This document shows, one piece after another, positions 62,578-64,000 of a stretch of 64,000 nt of DNA (its first letter is position 1; each line of letters begins with the position of its first letter). The notes under the pieces were generated by a model. The model saw nothing but the letters and a program-made list of their open reading frames with translations, searched no databases and was not told the DNA's origin. Both the position numbers and the translations under genes were made by a program. The stretch is from a virus. The stretch lies in IMG/VR virus record IMGVR_UViG_3300009157_000016, positions 1-64,000 of that record; one strand, written 5' to 3'.

Positions 62578-62872
62578 ACCGCTCTCCTGTCAACCAATCA
62601 CGCTCCCCGGCCTTGATTTCCCGGTAAGTCATGACAGCCTCACGAATTTCGAAGTCGAAGTCGAGTATCCTGTCCACTGTCAACGGCTCAACTTGTTCTG
62701 TGAACGCTTTGTGGATGCTCGCAATGGCATAGCACTCTCGCGCGTCGCGCGGCTGTGACTTGATAGGGGAATCAACCATGATCTGCCGCTCCATGAGAAC
62801 GCCATACCAAAGGACGCCGCCATAAGGAAGGTTGTACTTGCGCGCGATGTCAAGATAGACTGCTTTCGCCAT
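62555..62872 (-). CDS. hypothetical protein
   Basis: 105 aa coupled ORF. Confidence 0.6.
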   Translation of the reverse strand: MAKAVYLDIARKYNLPYGGVLWYGVLMERQIMVDSPIKSQPRDARECYAIASIHKAFTEQVEPLTVDRILDFDFEIREAVMTYREIKAGERDWLTGERYEIQGTG

Positions 62873-63873
62873 TACAAGAAGCTCCTGACTAAGCGTTGCG
62901 TCAGCGTAGGCGTGAGCGCCCCCACGTCCTCAGTCACGAAGGACGGGTACTCACCTACTTCGAAGCCAGCCCCCATCAACAGGTCGCTGGCAAGAAAGAC
63001 GGTCTCGACCTCAGTGGGGTCGTAAAGCAGGATGCGCCGCCTGTAGCGGCGTCCAATCCTGCCAATGATGTACGCCTGATCCGTGCTCATCCTTGTTCCC
63101 AACGGGCAACACGCATTGACGTTGTAGTTGACTCCATAGAAGTCCAGCTTGAGCACGTCAATGGGGCCTTCAACTACGAACAGGATGTCACCGCCGCGAC
63201 ACTCATCCGCGTTGTAGACAAGCTGATTGCGGTCCACCGTAGCTGACGGCCCCACTTCCTCTTCCATACCGAGGATCTTGTAGCGGGGTGCGTCCACCAC
63301 GTGCATGATGGCGCGGCCGGTCCAGCTTACCAATTCCCCATCCTGATAGATGGGGAATATGATCCGGTCCTTGTGCGGTCCAGTGGTCGCGTATTTGAGG
63401 TTGTACTCGCTGACAATGCCACGGACGTCGTCAAAGCCACGGCGCTCGAGGTAGTGCCAGAATCGCTTGGCTGTCCCGGTGCGGACAATGCGGTTGAAGT
63501 TGTCGGGCATGTGCAGGCGGCTGCGCCGCCTAGGGCCGCTTGTCGGGGCGCTGTCGTGGCCCTGTAGCAGCGCCACGGCGTCCTCAAAGGTCTCAGGATC
63601 CGCTTGGCTGTATTGAGCCGCTATCAGCTTGCTCTGTCCGAAGCTGCAACCCAACAAAGCACGGATGAGATTGTGTGGTTTCTTGCCTGCGTGAGCCGCT
63701 GAGCGCCAGCACCCATACAGCTCTTGCGACAGGTGGATACCCATGTGCTCAGATGGATCGTCTGAGCCGCAGAAGGGGCACTTGACGTTTATGTGTCCCT
63801 TCTTGACGTTGCGCCCCTTGCTGACATAGGGGATGTTGTGGTCCTCAAGGAACCTAATCCAGTCGATTTGCAT
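62872..63873 (-). CDS. DNA primase (Zn-ribbon plus TOPRIM)
   Basis: CPFCG...H...CWR; YLERRG; RIIFPI; WTGR; VVEGPIDV. Confidence 0.88.
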   Translation of the reverse strand: MQIDWIRFLEDHNIPYVSKGRNVKKGHINVKCPFCGSDDPSEHMGIHLSQELYGCWRSAAHAGKKPHNLIRALLGCSFGQSKLIAAQYSQADPETFEDAVALLQGHDSAPTSGPRRRSRLHMPDNFNRIVRTGTAKRFWHYLERRGFDDVRGIVSEYNLKYATTGPHKDRIIFPIYQDGELVSWTGRAIMHVVDAPRYKILGMEEEVGPSATVDRNQLVYNADECRGGDILFVVEGPIDVLKLDFYGVNYNVNACCPLGTRMSTDQAYIIGRIGRRYRRRILLYDPTEVETVFLASDLLMGAGFEVGEYPSFVTEDVGALTPTLTQRLVRSFL

Positions 63874-64000
63874 AGAGCGTCTGCACCGTTTCGTCGTTAG
63901 TGCAATTTTTCCCGCACCTGTCCATCCACATAGTGTGTTGGTGCTGCGCGCATTTGACGAAGTAGAACGTTTTGCGAAGGCCGTCCCTGACACGCCAGAT

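Noticed and set aside
1-64000. tRNA, rRNA, integrase/repressor, reverse transcriptase or DGR
   Set aside because: No cloverleaf, recombinase or RT motifs, and no TR/VR-type repeat pair, were recognised by eye

Overview
The window is 64 kb of a tailed dsDNA phage (siphovirus). The host is probably an alphaproteobacterium, based on the GTA-like DUF2460/DUF2163/NlpC/megatron tail tip, a GcrA-like gene and DUF3309. Layout: (1) 1-4541, a leftward early-type operon. It has a near-consensus sigma70 promoter, an ~850-nt structured non-coding leader, and small genes separated by a repeated, covarying hairpin+RBS element. (2) 4560-5875, an AT-rich non-coding region with GANTC-containing repeats (origin- or terminus-like). 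(3) 5875-7086, a rightward island that completely lacks AGA/CGA/GGA on both strands and encodes a histone-H1-like protein. (4) 7168-16592, leftward accessory genes (methyltransferases, MazG-like, DnaJ, HNH). (5) 16678-42832, rightward head, tail and membrane genes; no terminase, portal or endolysin is recognisable in the window. (6) 42829-63873, a leftward replication/recombination module (dCTP deaminase, GcrA, SbcCD, resolvase, RecA, gp32-like SSB, UvsY-like, DnaX, UDG-PolA, beta clamp, MTase, HNHs, sigma-like factor, primase). Most notable: a short R-[VI]-[RK]-[LY]-[DE] peptide tag sits at the termini of about ten unrelated proteins, alongside two DNA-binding proteins with long Arg/Asp mixed-charge tails (a possible phage targeting/condensate system). 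Also notable are the large leader RNA carrying an anti-RBS complementary to the repeated downstream RBSs, and the motif-free island. All product calls are from motifs recognised by eye and gene context; no database search was run.
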